Below are positions 61,535-64,000 of a stretch of DNA of 64,000 bases, one piece after another. Source of the DNA: Dictyostelium discoideum (lineage: Eukaryota); assembly GCA_000004695.1 (NCBI GenBank), contig CM000151.3, positions 6,272,001-6,336,000 on the forward strand, in the 5' to 3' direction. Position numbers and translations under genes: made by a program. Numbering within the stretch: position 1 is the stretch's first letter; every line of letters starts with the position of its first letter. The notes beneath the pieces were generated by a model. That model did no database searches and had not been told where the DNA came from. It saw nothing but the letters and a program-made list of their open reading frames with translations.

Positions 61535-62801
61535 ATGTTACCGCAATCCATGTCTCCTCCCTCTCAACCATCAGGGTTTTATCCCTCTCAACAGCCTGAA
61601 TCTTCTTCCTCTCAAAGTCAACCAAATCCTCGTATTTCAGAATCACAATCTAAGTCTTCTTCCTCTAAAATCCAATCTCATAATTATCTGAGCTGGAAAA
61701 ATTTTTTTTATTTTATTTCAATACTTTTAATTTCAATTTTCACATCAGTATTTTTAGTTGGGAATTTATATCCAGAGTATCAACCATATACTCCATTTCT
61801 TTGGCAGCCTATTTGCATCTATGTTTATAGACCTACAATCTGAATACCCAAAATTGTTAGTGGCATTATCAGGTGATTACAACAGTGGTAAAACTTATTT
61901 GATGAATAAGTTAGAAAACAAGAATTTCCAGTCGTCATATCAATATGCAACACCTGCATTTGGATTTATACAATCATCAATTTCAGATTATATTTATATG
62001 GATACTCAAGGTTTGAAAAGATTAGCATCATCTTCACTTGATTCCGATAGGGGTACCCTTAGCATCAAAGATATCAAAGCCATTGATAATTTAATCTCCC
62101 AAACTTATAAAGTTGCAAATATTATTATTGAAGTAAGAGACACAGGTAACAATGAAGATATTTGCAATACCCAACAAAGACATGCCGAGTACCTTCAAGA
62201 TAGAATAACAAGTGAAAACCAAATCCCTGTTATGGTTGTTGTTGTCCATAACTTTAAAAATTTAAAAACAATATCTGAAGTTGAAAGATACATTCGTGAT
62301 GATATTACTAATCCTGAAATTGGTGGCCAATTAACAGTTAGTTCAAAACCTGAAACCAAAGGTTGCAAATGCATGTTGATAGCATATTACATTATGTTAT
62401 TGCCCAAGAAGGTACTGAAGCTGGTAAACTTTATAACGAATGTACATTTAGCCTCATTAGATTAAAAGTTTTACAAGATCAAGGTGGTATTCCAAAAGTT
62501 AACTTTTTAAATAAAATCATTCAAATCATGGAACAATCATTGGGAAGTTATATTAAAGATCCAAAAGTATCAAAAGATTCATTTGTAAGAGTAAAGAAGG
62601 ATGAAACAATTGCAAGTTATTGGGGTTCTTTTTTTTCCAAAACGGAACCTGAAAAACCTACTCTTGTTGAAACACATGAATTTAAAATTACAATACAAAA
62701 TAACACAATTAAATTGATTAACTCTTCTTTTGATTTAGAATTTTATAAAGATAGTTGTGGATTTAAAAGCATTGATTATTCTCCACAAGTAAGTATTATT
62801 A

Positions 62802-62887
<86 letters not shown>

Positions 62888-63278
62888 TTTTCGATTTTAA
62901 TTTTTTAAAAAAAGATATTAATTACAATACTAATCTAATTTTTATTTTTAGTATGATGTAGTTGACAAACCAGATTTTTTTTCAATTGTATATGATGCAC
63001 CAAATTCATATGTACAATGGCTTTGCTCACAAAATAATTCTCACATAATTGTTTTTCAAAGTGTAAGAAAATTCCCAACATACTTACGTTCTGATCTTAG
63101 AAGAAATATTTATCCAAGAACATATGGTAATAACAAAAAAGAGTTTCAAATTCCATCTAAACCAGGGATTGACTGTGCAAGATTATCTGTGACTGCTAAA
63201 CATATAGACGGTGTAGCATTTGTTTCTCTCGCTAAAGATAATAATGTTATTGGTGGTTCTCCATTTCCAAGAAGATAA
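61535..63278 (+). pseudogene. Paralogue C of the GTPase/HSP20-like family, disrupted by a ~100-bp internal deletion and a 4-bp indel (three reading frames); the 3' exon 62952..63278 is still intact
   Basis: The ORF track splits it into 61535..61843, 61758..62465 and 62363..62908 in three frames. Nucleotide alignment to paralogue B shows loss of the segment encoding 'IFIEKFDQYNVIINIKSILAIKEGWGITTDGSQ' (between ..tatactcc and ggcagcc.. at ~61790..61812). At ~62375, C has 'tgcaaatgcatgttgatagca' where B has 'tgcaaatactggtatgttgatagcg'. The intron (62790..62951, long (ATT)n) and the HSP20-like exon are conserved ('YDVVDKPDFFSIVYDAPNSYVQWLCSQNNSHIIVFQSVRKFPTYLRSDLRRNIYPRTYGNNKKEFQIPSKPGIDCARLSVTAKHIDGVAFVSLAKDNNVIGGSPFP'). 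Confidence 0.65.
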
Positions 63279-63651
63279 AAAATAATAATTTTAAAATAAA
63301 AAATAATAAATAAAAATAAATTTGAACAATGTAAATTAAAAAAAAAAAAAAAGTAATTTTTAAATTACACTTTATTATATATAATACAATTAATAAATAA
63401 ATAAATGGTCTGGTTGGGTTTCTTTAATTTTAAAGTTTTGTTTTTGATTTTTTTTTTTTTTTTTTTTTTTTTTTATTTGGAATTACATAATGTTACAACC
63501 ACCACCGTTTGCACAAATTAAAACACCCATATTCACAGTTATGTTATTTTTTGTTTGATTCGAAATTTCATTATTTACATTATTAATTTCAATATTGTTT
63601 TTTATATTATTGGTATTTGAGTTTATTGAAGTAATTGATTCTAAGTTTTTG

Positions 63652-63687
<36 letters not shown>

Positions 63688-64000
63688 AGAAATAATAATT
63701 TTAATTTATAATCAAAAATTTTTATTAAGCACTACTTACTAATAATAGTCATTTTATATGTATATTGATATTACAATGTTTTTTTAGTGTTACAAATATT
63801 TAAAATTATTACAATTTGATGTTTAGTATTGTTATTTATAAAATAAAAAAATGATTTCAATTTTTTTTTTTTATAATAAAATTTTTTAAAATAAAAAATA
63901 ATTAAATAATTAAATAAATAATAAAATACATATTTTTTTTTAAAAAATTTATTTAATTAATTAAATATTTAAAAATTAAATAATAATTTTATTTTTTTTT

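Noticed and set aside
1-64000. tRNA/rRNA genes, CRISPR arrays, transposons (TRE/DIRS/skipper-type)
   Set aside because: No GGTTCGA(A/T)TCC-type T-loops, no GC-rich cloverleaf-sized islands, no regular repeat-spacer arrays, and no RT/integrase-like ORFs. The intergenic regions are A/T homopolymer deserts. CRISPR is not expected in a eukaryote.

Overview
The window is extremely AT-rich eukaryotic DNA and looks like Dictyostelium discoideum. Evidence: about 75-80% A+T, poly-Q/poly-N coding tracts, homopolymer-rich intergenic deserts, short AT-rich introns (70-200 bp) bounded by GTAAGT/GTATGT...(T)nAG, and one gene whose architecture matches the described D. discoideum gene Spalten. It is not prokaryotic, so no operon-type or CRISPR-type system is expected and none was seen.

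I reconstructed about 18 protein-coding genes on both strands, each with its exon-intron structure:
- a Nup35/Nup53-like nucleoporin
- RNA 3'-terminal phosphate cyclase (RtcA)
- a 3-exon MAST-family AGC kinase
- a low-complexity Q/N-rich gene
- spnA/Spalten (Galpha-like + PP2C, 4 exons)
- a LisH-motif protein
- a 2473-aa protein carrying a GH13 (alpha-amylase) domain and a GT5 (starch/glycogen-synthase-type) domain
- a 1503-aa Ubl/RA-PH-ER/K-helix protein ending in a fimbrin-like 4xCH core
- PRMT1 (3 exons)
- FAM21, the WASH-complex subunit (4 exons)
- a GbpA/GbpB-type cGMP phosphodiesterase (metallo-beta-lactamase + 2 cNMP-binding domains) whose 5' end is unresolved
- NSF
- SMC3 (4 exons)
- a two-exon hypothetical protein
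- a tandem array of three paralogous two-exon genes at 56.3-63.3 kb

The array is the most unusual feature. Each copy encodes an N-terminal transmembrane segment, a GBP/atlastin-like P-loop GTPase domain, and a C-terminal exon that looks like an HSP20/alpha-crystallin domain. The third copy is a decaying pseudogene, and degraded relics of the P-loop segment lie between copies.

ORF-track 'M' residues are sometimes non-ATG (TTG/GTG) starts. The many antisense or alternative-frame ORFs inside triplet repeats are artefacts. I recognised no tRNA, rRNA or transposon.
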